Source: Laetmonice hystrix (taxonomy: Eukaryota). From it: a stretch of DNA of 64,000 nt. Of this stretch, positions 37,201-49,065 are shown piece after piece. Location: the NCBI GenBank assembly GCA_965235115.1, contig OZ249443.1, positions 15,438,001 to 15,502,000 of the forward strand, read 5' to 3'. The notes below the pieces were generated by a model. It worked only from the letters and a program-made list of their open reading frames with translations. It ran no database searches and was not told the origin of the DNA. How positions within the stretch are numbered: position 1 is the stretch's first letter; each line of letters starts with the position of its first letter. Position numbers and translations under genes: made by a program.

Positions 37201-40200
37201 TTGACTCCATGAAGCTGGAATTTCTTTAATGAAGCTCCCTTGGGTGGGGTTGTCTTTGGTGGGGCTGACCTAGGTCGGGTTGTCTTTGGTGGGGCTGGGG
37301 TCTTGGTTTGGGTTCCCTAAATTTAGGCGGGACCCCCCCCCCCCCAATTGGAAAAGAATTAGCCAAGCAGCTTCTGATGAATGTTCTGACGCTCTTCAAG
37401 TCCAGTCTGTGTTTATGTTTATGTTCAAGACTGTGTACGCTGTCTATGTCGTGTACATACAACAAGTAGTAACTAACGTCATGATTAACTAACCCTTTCA
37501 TGCCACAAGTAGTAACTAACGTAATGATTAACTAACCCTTTCATGCTACAAGTAGTGACAAACCTAATGATTAACTAACCCTTTCATGCTACAAGTAGTG
37601 AAAAACCTAATGATTAACTAACCCTTTCATGCTACAAGTAGTGAAAAACCTAATGATTAACTAACCCTTTCGTAGCAATTTGACATGTGTCATTAACATT
37701 GCATATAAACAGAGCCATTGTCTGAGAGGTAAATACGTGAAATATTAATACATTATTATTAATTTATCCTGTAGTATTTAGGGAGTAATAAATTACACAA
37801 ATGAAACAAGATTTCAGGTTGTGATAAAAGTCATATATCCCTGGTGTATTCTTGGGGAACTACACGCTGTTGTTTCGTTTCTTGCTGTATACAGTGTGTA
37901 TATGTATGGTTGCAGTCGGTATTCCTGCGAGGTGCAGGGTCGCAGCTCATGCACAGTTCCATGGCGACCCAACAGACACAGTGGGGTATGATTGAGGACC
38001 AGGCCCGAAACCTGCTCAATGAAGCGGAACGGTCGACCATGATGTATTACCTTAATGAGTACCAGCAGGGGCACATTGATGTGGAGTCTCTGGTCCTTGC
38101 TCTACTCGAACTACTGAATACACACGCCAAGGTACGTAACATTGGCTTGATGAGAACTATTGTTGAATTAAAGGGTGAACTACAAATCAACAACGAAAAT
38201 CGCAAAATAGGCCGGCTTTAACAGCAATTACTGCACTTACGTATTACGTCCTTATTCTGTATATGAAAATCAGTTCGTCTTTTTGGCATCTGTGGAGTTT
38301 CTCTGAATACTTTCTAATGTAAAGAATAAATTGTAAATGTAGTTTGGAAAGACAAATAATCAGATGATGTCTCAATGATATGTAAGAACGTGATCTAGTT
38401 ATCATGGTTGACTTTGTCCTTTGAAGTCGAGAATTAAAGTGAACGTTTGTTGATCGTCATTTTGTTGTGTTTGCAGTTCTCGCTTGTCTCGGAAGTGCGT
38501 GGTTTGATAGCACCACGTGATCTGGAGAAGTTTGACGACCTCGTTTTACAACGGGAGATCGACGCCATGAAGGTAACTAAGGAACAATTACATGTATGCT
38601 AAAATTGACTTCTCATTTCATCTAGTTTTGAGATATCTCAGGCAATTCCTTCGCTGACCACGATTCAGTATGTCTCCTTCAAACGGCACTCTCGTCTGGT
38701 AGACCACACTCCCAGCCACCTAGTGTCGTATCTGTTCACTGAAAATACCGTCTCTAAAGAGCACAGTGGACGATATGGAGGATTCCGGTTGCACAAAACT
38801 GAGGGACGAGAGTTCTGCTTTAAGCCAATGTCCCTCGCAGCAGATTTGCAGTGTATGTTTTTGCAGCACCTGCTCCTGCTCCATTACTTGTAGGCAATCC
38901 GACCCAGCCTCGCTATCATCTCTATTCTCTAACTCTACCTACAGCCATGTTCCTGCCCTTGTAAAGATGTTGGTGTCATGGAGTAGATATGTTTGTGTCG
39001 GATTGTGCAAGGGTTTATGGCAAACATTGTAGTCCAGTGAGGTAATCTGGGAGAAGAACCGAACACAATAACTCCTCACAAGGGACATGTTCAGACAAAG
39101 GCAGAAAAACGCCGATATCGTAATTCTAAATGACCTAGTCACTAGTGACCACGATTTAGGTAGGGATTTGACCAGACGCTGCTGAAAAACTTGTGTGTTT
39201 TTTGTAAAAAAGCAAGTTTTGTTTTTCAACTACGCAATTTACAGCAACACTTCCCGAAGTAACGTTAGTTATATTTTTGTAGCGTGAGTTTTCCCAGCTG
39301 GTGGGTGACATTTCATGACTTGTGTCGATTACAGCGGGTTTATCGGCAAACAAGCCCGCTCACGCCTAACATTGCGATACGCTGACCAAGTGCTGCTGTT
39401 AACAGCTGATGTGATCAGGAATCAATAATTTGCCAGTGCGCCAGTTAAGGTTTTCGTTTCTCCACTGGTAAAACGGAAATATTGTCCATTTACGCAACAC
39501 GAAAGCACTTGGCAGGGAGGGTATGTAGGGTGTGTGGCGTGGAGTTGGGGGTAGTTAGGGGTGGTTAACGTAGCGCCCCCTGTGGATGCCTGTGGGAAGG
39601 ATAGGAGGGGGTTATTCCTGCATGGTAATATACCCACAAAATTGGCGGTTAGATCATGGGATAGGAACCGTGAAGGATTTACAGTTCTGACTCGCAGATT
39701 CCATGGTGGTGCTACCTTGTGGGATCTACTATTATACTGGCCATGATGGCGAACACCAGGGGATATTAGTAATGGCAGGAGAACATGCCAGAACTGTAGA
39801 TCTACAATAGAATATCGTGCAGGCCAAAGGTAGCATGACGATGTCGGTCCAGTACGTATCGTTCATGAAGGAAATGATCACAGAAGACCATTCAAGTACT
39901 AAAATGTCCTAAGTCATTAATCAGTTATTTCGACAACAACGCATTCAGGACAAAATGAAACATCTCAAGCATGGTTAGAAAGTATTTGATGATATTATGT
40001 GAACGGTTTTCACCCAGCTTTATTTGATGACATCCCAAAATTTGATAATTCAGACTGGATGCAAATTTCAATGTTGATCATCTGTGTAAAAGAAAGAACA
40101 CAACCAAGAACTACTCGACTCTGTCACTGAGCTAGCAGGACGTGGTTTACAGCGGCAAGTGTTGGGGGCTATCACACATACACCAGTTCTCGGGTAGTCG

Positions 40201-43200
40201 TCACAGATCCTAGCAACAGAAACGGTTTGTGTTTGTTTCAGTCACCCTCGGGACTCCCCCCTGCCGACCAGATCTCAGACCAGTCGGCCGACACAATCTC
40301 CGACAACAGTCGCGTCAGTGGCGGCTCCGGCCTGGTAGGTGGCGCCCCCTGGGAGCTGTGGCTCGTACTAAATATCACACCGCCACCGCAGCCTAATGAT
40401 GTGGTCGGTAGATTGCATGTGTAAAGAATAGTCTAACACTACATGTATTGAGTAGATCGACATACTTGATGGATCACCATTTTTGTTTGAAAGTTTTGGA
40501 GTCTAACGAAAGCTTTATTTTATTATGCCATAGAAACATTTTATATTTTTGAAAGATCTTTTCCAAAAGAGCGTTTTCTATGTGGCTTCAGAAAGGAAGA
40601 TTAGACTATTATTAGTGTGAGCATCACCATTGTTACATTACATTAGATTAATGTTCATGTTGATTCAAAGGAATGGTTCAAATCATGGACTTTCATTCAA
40701 TTTATTTTATAGAGAATGTCACACGGAACGTGTTTCTTGGTATATTAGATAGTTTAGAATATAGCTGTAGTATATAATCCACTTATTTTATTTTGATACA
40801 CAACAATACCTTTGGTCATCCAATGCCTTAGCTGCCCTTTGTTTGTCATACATTGCACTGCTTTATTTTGTTTCAGGATTCGCTGGAAGGGGCAGGAATT
40901 TTTACCCCCCAGCCCCTATTACCCTCCACCCCCGCTCCCTTGCAGGTAAAGCCCTATAACCCCTCACTCAACCCTGATTATCCTCTGACGGTTTCTCTAA
41001 TATTGGCTACATAATGACTTATGAATTACCCATCAGAATTTTAAAAACTTCCTAAAAAAAACCTTTAGATTGATTGTTTCGTCGGATTGCTGACAAGAAA
41101 AATAGAAGTTTGAACAAGCAAATGATAAGAGAAATTTCTCAGAAGAATTTATTCTTGTGGCCATGTTGCATGGGTTGTTTACCAAGGCATGTGAGTGCTG
41201 ATATTCACATGGAATTGTCATGTTCATGGTAGACTTGATGGCAGTGTTGGTAATGCTGTAATGTATGTCAATGATGAATTCTCTGGTTGAAATATGATGA
41301 CAAAAGTTTAGTCATCAACACTTTATTTCATTGTTTATACATCACAGATGTATATAATTTGTTCTCACGATGTTTAAAAACGATAACGCTGTATGCTGTG
41401 TTCATATATCGATCACGTGATGTGTTACATTTTTCATACATATGGCGGAGTATTTGTTGTCCCCTGACAAGTTTATACATACCCGCTATAAATATTTAAT
41501 ATTCCAGCGTTTTAGTCATAAATAAAATATTTCTGTGTGAGATAGGCCTACATTGTATAAAGATCAAGTCCTCAGGTTTTCGGAGGGACTCGTAGGGAAC
41601 GTTATATTTTCGGAGTGGTGTTATTAGGTTAGGTTGATACAGAATAAAATGATCATGTAGAAATAAAAAGAGTTAAGAGTGTGTAGAATATGGCGTTCAG
41701 TTGATGCCATCTGTTAGCATCCACCCACCCTGAGATCGGTGCTAGGGTTACCAGGTTATGCTATACATTGTCAGGCCAGCATGTTACCATGTCCTACTCG
41801 AATAGAGCCTACTAGGAAGTAGAAGACCGAACGCGTTAATAATAGATGCAGTGAATGCATAACATGGCCAGAACATAGATCGATTGACCTATTAACTCGT
41901 TGTCATTGATAACATACGGCCTTCTTCATTCACCGAGTGTGACAGCATGATGCACGACAGAAAAAAACACATTGTCTTTTTTGGTCATATTTTCTTGGTC
42001 ATATTCTTGATCTGCGAAAAGAAACAAGTTGTTGACACTCACAAGGAAACGAACTTTGAGAATATGACACGCCATAACAAACTTTGAACGTCACTTCTAC
42101 GATCAGCCGCATCACTGGCGGATCCGGGGGGGGGGGGTTCAGGGGGTTCGAACCCCCCCTTAAATTTTGCAGATACACACATTTTAACTTTAGGGGGTTC
42201 AAACATTATAATTTAGACGTTTTTTTCCTTCAGTCGCAAGATAAAAACCACCTAAAAAAAATGTTTTGCCTCGCTACGCTCGGCATGATTTCATGCTATA
42301 GCCAAAGTTGCTGTTGGACTTAAGGAGGCCCTTTTGCCCTTGGTCACATTGGTCATTGAATAGCTTATTTTGTGCTCCAAAATGCATCGGATTACAACAA
42401 ATCACACCTTGAATTTCAAAATTTTCCGGGGGGCATGCCCCCGGACCCCCCTAGGAAGGCTTCACGCCTTCGGCGCTTGCAGACTTCGCGCTCGTATACA
42501 GTCACGTCGGTGTCGCCCCTGAACACGTTGAACCCCCCCCCCCCCCCTAACGGAAAAAGCTGGATCCGCCCCTGCGCATGATTAAAAATCCAGAAGAATT
42601 GCAACTCCCAGCTACCTAAGGACCGTTATCCAATACCAAATAAACGTCAATGGTTAATTTATTTTTCTGTCTTTGGGACATTTGGAAACTTATGTGGGAT
42701 AATCGATATCAGAACCTCTTTGGTAGGTATTTGGTGATATTGTCTGTACATGTATTTGTTTGACCTTGGCTCTGTGGTCATTCAGTTCCAGGATGACCAT
42801 GATGGCCTTGACCCACTTAGACTCGCCATCGAACAAATAAACGACGAAAATAAGGCATTGGTATCTGACCACGAATCAGAGGTAGGCCTCAGAACACGTG
42901 TGATTACTAGATAGAAAAAGGCCTATGTACCATTTGATAACATCGTGAAAATTAAATTGTAAATAGAGCTAGAAGAAAAAGATAAAGTTTTAAAGCACAG
43001 TCTTTAATCCGATGTAACAATAATACGGTAATGTTTTCGACCATTACATCACCAGCGTGGGGACGAACAGACTGAGGGACGCGTAGACCCGCGCTCAGCC
43101 TTCAAACCCATCCACCCGAGCGCCACCACGCGGTCACCCGCCTCACCAACTACCTCAACCCAAGCGGTCGTCGTGGCGGAGGTACATCCTCCCCCGCCGA

Positions 43201-46200
43201 GACCCAAACCGGTACGTCCGATTACAGGCATATACAAAGCGGGAAGTGGGGGGGGGGGGGCAACAGATCGACTTCCCTATAACTAACCAAATCTGACAGT
43301 TCAGTCAGTACTACAAATTACAGGCCTACCGCAAAACCACAAAATTCCTGTGGTACACTGTAGTGAACTTTATAAATGGTCCTAGAGACTTTATAAGTGA
43401 GTGTATTGGTGCTGAAGCGACATATCTGAGTTGCGAGTTTCTCTCTGGATTGTCTAAGAAGAGTTTGACAATTACAAGGTGAGCACACACGTCAGGTATT
43501 ACGGAACTCTATAAGCCCTAATACTTGGTTTCCAGACGTACAGCGATGAGTTGCGGAGTCCAAGCGAGGACAGCGGTGTAGAAATGAACGGATCGAGTTT
43601 GGCCGAACTACACGAACAGCAGAGTCTGAAGTCTTCAACCCATCACTCCAGGTAGACATCCACAGCCCACGATACTGAACCTATGCTGGTTTAACTTGTC
43701 TTTAAAAACCTGATCTGGCATCTTACACGCAGGTAGACGGCCCCACTTTACCGAAAGAAAAACCAAACAAGAAAAAACAACTTTTTCATTTTGAGCCTAT
43801 ATTTACCCGAAAGGTGGTAATAAGTTTACTTAGTGTTACAATACGCACACACAATATAACCGAGGAGAAAAAGGTTTGTTTTTATGTGAATTGTAATTTG
43901 AGTTTTGATGGCCTCTTGAAGGCCTACTGTGCATAATGTGTCGATATCTGCGGCACACTGTCATAGTTTCGCATACACTGTCATGTATTCGCCTAAACTG
44001 TGACGTCCAATTGCACATTGTGAGCTCCTTGTGTACTTCTTGATATCATGTTGCACAGTTTTACATAGTTCTTTCAACTCTTTCAAAGAGAATATTTCAT
44101 TACCTCTTCAAGAGATGGTTAGGGCTGAGCAGAGCGCGGTATACCAGTGCCTGTATCGTGTCATTGCGACACACAGAGAGTCACAGCACTAGTAACAACC
44201 TACAATATCCTAGGTGCATTATGTCATTTGTGAACGGGCCCTTAGGAGACATGGTGTAATATATATAATATATAATCTAAACTCTAACCCAGCGATTCTC
44301 TCCCTCACAGTCTATACGAGCAGAACTGGATCTACTTATCCAACGACAGGTATAGATCTACTGCCATGAACATTGCTGTGGTAGCATTGACTAGACGACA
44401 GATTGCTCTATTAGATTATCCGTGCTATAGGTAGTACAAATGTATTGTTGTAGGTGGAGGTTGCTATCTGCCAGATTTGTTTTTATATTCTGAGGATACT
44501 ACCAGTTTGCCCAGTCATGAACTTTTTATCAACATTTTGTAGTAACAGCACGTAGTAACATGTGTAACTAAATGGTAATAGTTCATTCTATTCGTGACTG
44601 AATATGAAAAAATATCTGTGAAACTGCTTGAATAAAAATTCACGGCCTCAGAAAAGGGTATCGAAGGGGGAAAAGAGAAAAAATATTCTTGAAGGTACTT
44701 CTTTAAATAGGCGCAAGGATAAAAAGCGTTATAAAACAGGATAGACAGAAGAAAGTGTGTTTTAGTCTGACCGTACCGTTTAACAAATCGTACTTTGTTT
44801 TTTACTGGCCTTTTGGGCGCTTACTCAAGTTTTAAAATGGTGAAGGTTTTCAAATCATGAAGTTGTAGATGACGGAATATTATTGAAGGGACACAACCCC
44901 TCATCATTGGCCTTTGTTTGCTTTTGATGTCTAGGTCAGGTGTATGTCTGTGTGTGTCCATGTATAACAGCGTGTATTTTCTATGTGTTGATCTACGACA
45001 AATTTATATGCTAACGAACTATGCTGTGTTTTCTTTCTCCGTTTCTGTTCTGAACTTCCAACTGCTAGTGCTAGCAGCAAAACTCCTCTGGCTGCTCGAA
45101 AGAAAAGGTTTGTTGGGAGTCAAGCTGAGGGGGACACACGGCCCAACATCCGGGCACTGCCCTGGACGCTGTGGCTGTAGTGATCCGTTCTTGGTGGTCG
45201 GGAATTTCTGTATTCCTCCGCGCATGCTTCACTGCCCTGCACGGCCACTGATGATGTTCAGCCTTTAACTTTGACCCTTCAACCTTTGACCCGTGACCGC
45301 AGCACATGCGCTTAATGTGTGGTGTCACGTTTAAGACCCACTGTGATTATTTTGATCAAATAATATCTTTTTAAGTATTTAATGTGTGACAAATGATTTA
45401 TCACAAGCAAATCATCACACGTACTGCTGTAGTAAAACATAGGAAATCCCGAGCAATTTACACGAAATCTGGCTCTCCACCTTGCAAGTTGTGTACTCCA
45501 CACAAAACTTTATATTTGAATAATGTTCATTTTGGACAGGATTATAATTTTAAATACGACTTTTGTGCAATAAGTCTATTTGGTTAGTTGTCCGAAACCA
45601 GCTATATTTTCAAACCCTCTACCTGTTTCTTTTTATTTTCGACATTTTGATTCAGTACTCAGTGCAGTAATCCAATATTTACCACAGAACAGAAAATCTG
45701 ATTTTCAGTATTACTCATTTGACATTAAAGTTACCGGTAGTTGTTATATAAAAGAGGTTTATAATCAAGTATTGTGTTTTCCCCACATCACATAACTAAT
45801 AGTTCCTCCCGCTGAAACCTGACAGTTTCATACCCAAGCTTTGTATACTTTTAATGATTTGTCACATGTACCCAAACCAACATTGCACTGTTGAAATAAA
45901 CACCAGATCGCCCCTAGCGCCCCCTGCCGCTAAATACTAGAACCATGATATTTTACATCATTTGATGAAGATCATGGTCTAGAAGTAGTATAGCCACAGA
46001 TCATTGAAAATAAAAAAATATATCCTAAAACCCATAACAATCAATCCTGCATGAAAACCCCAGAAGACTTTGAAGAAAGACATACATGTATATAGAACCA
46101 AAGCCCAGTCATTATTTTGTAAATAGTGATATATATTTTGCCATTATCTAGGTCTATTCATAATCAATTTATCTGCTTTTAAATTTGTTAAAATCTCCTA

Positions 46201-49065
46201 ATGTTACAGGTGCAGTAATAGAACTAACTATTGTTGGCCAGTTACTGGAGTTAATTATGTTCATACCTGTCAATGATGCTGATTTTGAAGAATTTACATC
46301 AGCTGAATATAATGATTCCGTTGTCAGGGTGACGGTGTCCACTCAGAAGCCTGTGATAATAAACGACGTCCTTCCGGAACATTCCAATAACGACGACGGT
46401 TCTACGACGTCCAGTATGAAGCAGCAGACAACCGTTACCAATGGCAACGGTTCCGAGGATAGGCAGATATCGTCTGCTGGCAGCGCTCACGTCTCGCGAC
46501 GAAACAACGCGAGAGTTGACTATCGCCGGGACCGGTCAAGCTCTCCAAGGTTACGTGTCGATAGGAGGGAGCTTAGGAAACAATCTCCGAATCGTAAGAC
46601 AGACCCAAGTCCGACACGGGGAAAAGGGCGTGAGCAAAGTCCTCATAGGAGAGGGGAGAGGCATAATCATGGCACAAAGGTAACAATGAGGGAGAAAAAG
46701 GAAATGGACTAAGTCTAACGGATTAATGAGTAAAATTTAATGGTTCCTGGTACATGTATATAATTTACCCGAAAAAAGTCGCTTTAAGTTGAATTTAAAA
46801 TTGTTGATTTTAGATTTTTAAGATGAAATATAGGCCTACAAGGAATTGACTTCAAAATACCGGTATCATGAATGCTCGAGCTGAAACGATCCATCGATAT
46901 ATCGGTGTATCGTGTCAGCTCTAACGGATACACATCTTACTTAGATCAGTAAATGTGAAAGTGGTGAAAGTTTTAATACAGTTGCCTTGGAGGAAATCAA
47001 TATTCATAGGCAGACCTGTCGAGTGCCAAAGTTTAAAATGAGGCATACAGGGATACGTGATCATCACTTGATAGCAGTTACCTTGGGAACACCCAGTTTA
47101 GCCATTTCGTACCTTTAACATAACATGAACAGAATGAACAAACGCTGAAATGAGGGTTGGAATAGACGGCCTGACCTGTTTGATGTATTGGAGTTTTCCA
47201 TGGCAACCTATCTTTGCTTTTTGCAATATTAATGAAGAAGTCGACTCAGACGTGATTAAGTAAACTTATAAGTTTGAATAATCCTATACGAGGATTAATT
47301 CATCAATTGCGGAGGCCCGAAAAAGCGTATGGTTCGATATGGCCTTCGCCCGGAAATTTATCATACGAGGAATATTCTAGGGGGACCGTGCGTTAAATTT
47401 CATACTTTCTTGGGAGAGGGAGGGACCCTGTTGCCCCACCCCCTTCCTCGTAACGTTCAGCCTCTGGAGGGGTGATGGGAAGCACTTAGGCCAAGCTGGT
47501 ATTATGACCCATGTACAACAATTTGCGATATGGGAATATGAAGAAGGTGTAGGGCCACTCTGAGATGACAAAAACAGCGTTGGCAAATCGTGGCTAATGG
47601 GAAATAAATGTCAGTTAGGAAGGCCTAACACGTGGGCTTCGCTTGAAAAACGCGTGGACCAACTTTAGCAAACAAAACACTTAAAAAGTCATTTCAGATG
47701 GATCTGCAGCAGGTCAGTGTTGGTAGAAGAAAACTTAATACCAGTCCTGTGCCCTACCTAATGTAGAGAGGCATATAAATAACTTTGCGTTTCGATACAA
47801 ATGTTCGTTATGGCAGTTAATGCGTGTTGGGTGCAGTGAGTTGAGTGCAGTGACGTCACCACCTCAGTATATGACCACACCCATAGCGTCCCTACCACAC
47901 CTAACACAGGTTACAGATAAACCAGTCGGTCTGTAGGGCCAGGTGGTAAGACAGGTCGCAGGTACTTCACCCAGGTTACAGGTGGACAGCAGCCAGGAAT
48001 GGTAGTTAAACTTGACAGGATTCTGGATTGATTTCTTAGAATTCATATTTGAAACCATTGGGCAGGATCATGTATTGATTTGGTATGGTTGATAGTTGTA
48101 GGGATGGTTTCGTAGTGATGATTGCTGTACCATTGGAGAAGATAGCATGGATTGAATTTTGTAGGATTCATAATTGAACTAGTGGCCAGGATCATTGAGT
48201 CGAGGGTAGCAATTAGCAGTTAGGGTTAGCACGGGGCTAGGGATAATGAGACCTTTTTTTGGGGGGGGGGGGGGGGGGGGCAGAGGCAGGGCGGAGGTCT
48301 GGAGAACGGGACTAGGTATTAGGATTAGGGTTTTGGCTGGGAAGAGTGACAGATTTTTAATTTTTCACAAACATTTCATGGTGATGTTGCCATTAGGAGG
48401 ACCTACATGTTAACCCTATTTATCAACCTTTTATTGTTTCCCCCCAGGAGTCACCCCCGGGACGAGAGTCGATGGCCTCCCGACACCACCTCCTCAACGT
48501 GACCATCTACAAGACCAAACCCACACTGGGAATCGCCATCGAGGGAGGCGCCAACACCCGCCAACCCCTGCCCAGGATCATCAATGTGCAGGTCAGCCAC
48601 AAGAGGCATTGGGGTGTCTTGTTTGCTTCGGCCATCTCCCCGCCCCCGCCCCTATAAAAAAAAGGGGAATATTAGGAGCTTTTGTGTGATTACAGGCCTA
48701 CAGCTTTATGTATGCGTGCCTTTTTCACCAGTCACATTTAAAATAGAGTTCCTAGGTGTTGTGTTTTTTTGGCTTTTGTAGGCCTACGTGTTATTTAACT
48801 TTATTTTAAGTAGATGTGTAGTGTGACCATAATAAGACTTTGAACTCTGTTTTGTTTTGTTTTGTTTCGCCTGAAGCCGGGTGGTTCGGCCTATGACTCC
48901 GCGGGTCTGAAAGTAGGTCAGATCATCGTGGAGGTCAACGGAAGGTCAATGAAGAATCTCGAACATCGCGAGGCAGCGAGAACGATCGCTGAGGCCTTTA
49001 AGAACAAGTCGAACAACAAGATGGATCTCGTGATCGCTCAACCGGTCAGTAAGGGAAACACATGA
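25603..49065 (+). CDS. WHRN: Whirlin (WHRN/PDZD7/dyschronic family) Usher-type PDZ scaffold, about 965 aa
   Basis: Exons 25603-26340, 31039-31248, 32384-32509, 33926-34134, 34496-34544, 37916-38131, 38477-38572, 40242-40334, 40877-40945, 42786-42881, 43056-43211, 43536-43651, 44311-44349, (45069-45107), 46328-46679, 48448-48591, 48877-49065, all phase-consistent. Diagnostic peptides: LGFSIRGGAEHGIGIYVS, YSWVDPLGRSVSPP, LGLMIRGGNEFGLGIYV, KDVGKLPFARTTFDHTKW, IEDQARNLLNEAERSTMMYYLNEY...LLNTHAKFSLVSEVRGLI, SEDSGV, TLGIAIEGGANTRQPLPRII. An N-terminal HHD favours whirlin over PDZD7. Confidence 0.95.
26760..27226. repeat. 44/45-bp tandem array, about 10 copies, in the first whirlin coding intron
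   Basis: Unit ttcatcccagaacccccacgtccatgtccagggcagtgccttccc. Confidence 0.95.
29131..29144 (+). promoter_or_regulatory. CTCF-like motif
   Basis: CCACTAGGGGGCAG matches CCASYAGRKGGCRS exactly; motif only, no binding data. Confidence 0.4.
29969..30504. mobile_element. TTAA-flanked MITE, copy 2 (inverted relative to copy 1)
   Basis: Perfect 19-bp TIR ttaaaggggcatgctatga...tcatagcatgcccctttaa; interior is the near-identical reverse complement of 6400-6928. Confidence 0.85.
31039..31248 (+). CDS. WHRN: Whirlin exon: end of PDZ1 and linker
   Basis: IIKTSRPLELEVRNVGRVPGSFETHQTYSWVDPLGRSVSPP...DERK. Confidence 0.92.
32384..32509 (+). CDS. WHRN: Whirlin exon: PDZ2 N-half
   Basis: VHVVVTDNKPLGLMIRGGNEFGLGIYVTAVDRHSVAENAGLK. 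Confidence 0.95.
32757..33929 (+). repeat. 66-71-bp tandem array, about 17 copies, each ending in a copy of the whirlin PDZ2 exon acceptor (ttccgttcag|ATTG)
   Basis: Unit cagattgcccactgtgagagacctccttttgacaatgatcgtgaagtgtgttaactgacaaacgttccgtt; the last unit reads ttccgtttcag|ATTGGTGATCAG. Confidence 0.92.
33926..34134 (+). CDS. WHRN: Whirlin exon: PDZ2 C-half
   Basis: IGDQILDVNGQSFLDVSHTDAVKAIKCSRHMMMTMKDVGKLPFARTTFDHTKW. Confidence 0.95.
35615..35912. repeat. Imperfect tandem repeat composed of X-box and X-box-half motifs (CATGGTAAC)
   Basis: Repeated gtcatggtaaccgtggtgatgggtgtcatggtaaccatagtaacggtt; five exact 14-bp X-boxes. Confidence 0.85.
37462..37670. repeat. 43-bp tandem array, about 5 copies
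   Basis: Unit acaagtagtaactaacgtcatgattaactaaccctttcatgcc. Confidence 0.85.
37916..38131 (+). CDS. WHRN: Whirlin exon: HHD2
   Basis: SVFLRGAGSQL...EDQARNLLNEAERSTMMYYLNEYQQGHIDVESLVLALLELLNTHAK; a second in-frame acceptor lies at 37894. Confidence 0.92.
38477..38572 (+). CDS. WHRN: Whirlin exon: end of HHD2
   Basis: FSLVSEVRGLIAPRDLEKFDDLVLQREIDAMK. Confidence 0.92.
42113..42574. mobile_element. MITE with GGCGGATCC-type TIRs and internal poly-G/poly-C runs
   Basis: cactggcggatcc...ggatccgcccctg (11 of 13 complementary). Confidence 0.7.
46328..46679 (+). CDS. WHRN: Whirlin exon: Arg/Ser-rich linker
   Basis: Part of ORF 46185-46712; phase 2 acceptor ttgtcag|G; donor AAG|GTAACA. Confidence 0.75.
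48448..48591 (+). CDS. WHRN: Whirlin exon: PDZ3 N-half
   Basis: LLNVTIYKTKPTLGIAIEGGANTRQPLPRIINVQ. Confidence 0.95.
48877..49065 (+). CDS. WHRN: Whirlin last coding exon: PDZ3 C-half
   Basis: PGGSAYDSAGLKVGQIIVEVNGRSMKNLEHREAARTIAEAFK...VSKGNT*; AATAAA at 50401 is a candidate poly(A) signal. Confidence 0.93.
   Translation, partial: PGGSAYDSAGLKVGQIIVEVNGRSMKNLEHREAARTIAEAFKNKSNNKMDLVIAQPVSKGNT

Noticed and set aside
46185-46327. N-terminal part of the 175-aa ORF
   Set aside because: The phase of the upstream exon requires the acceptor at 46327, so this part is intronic.
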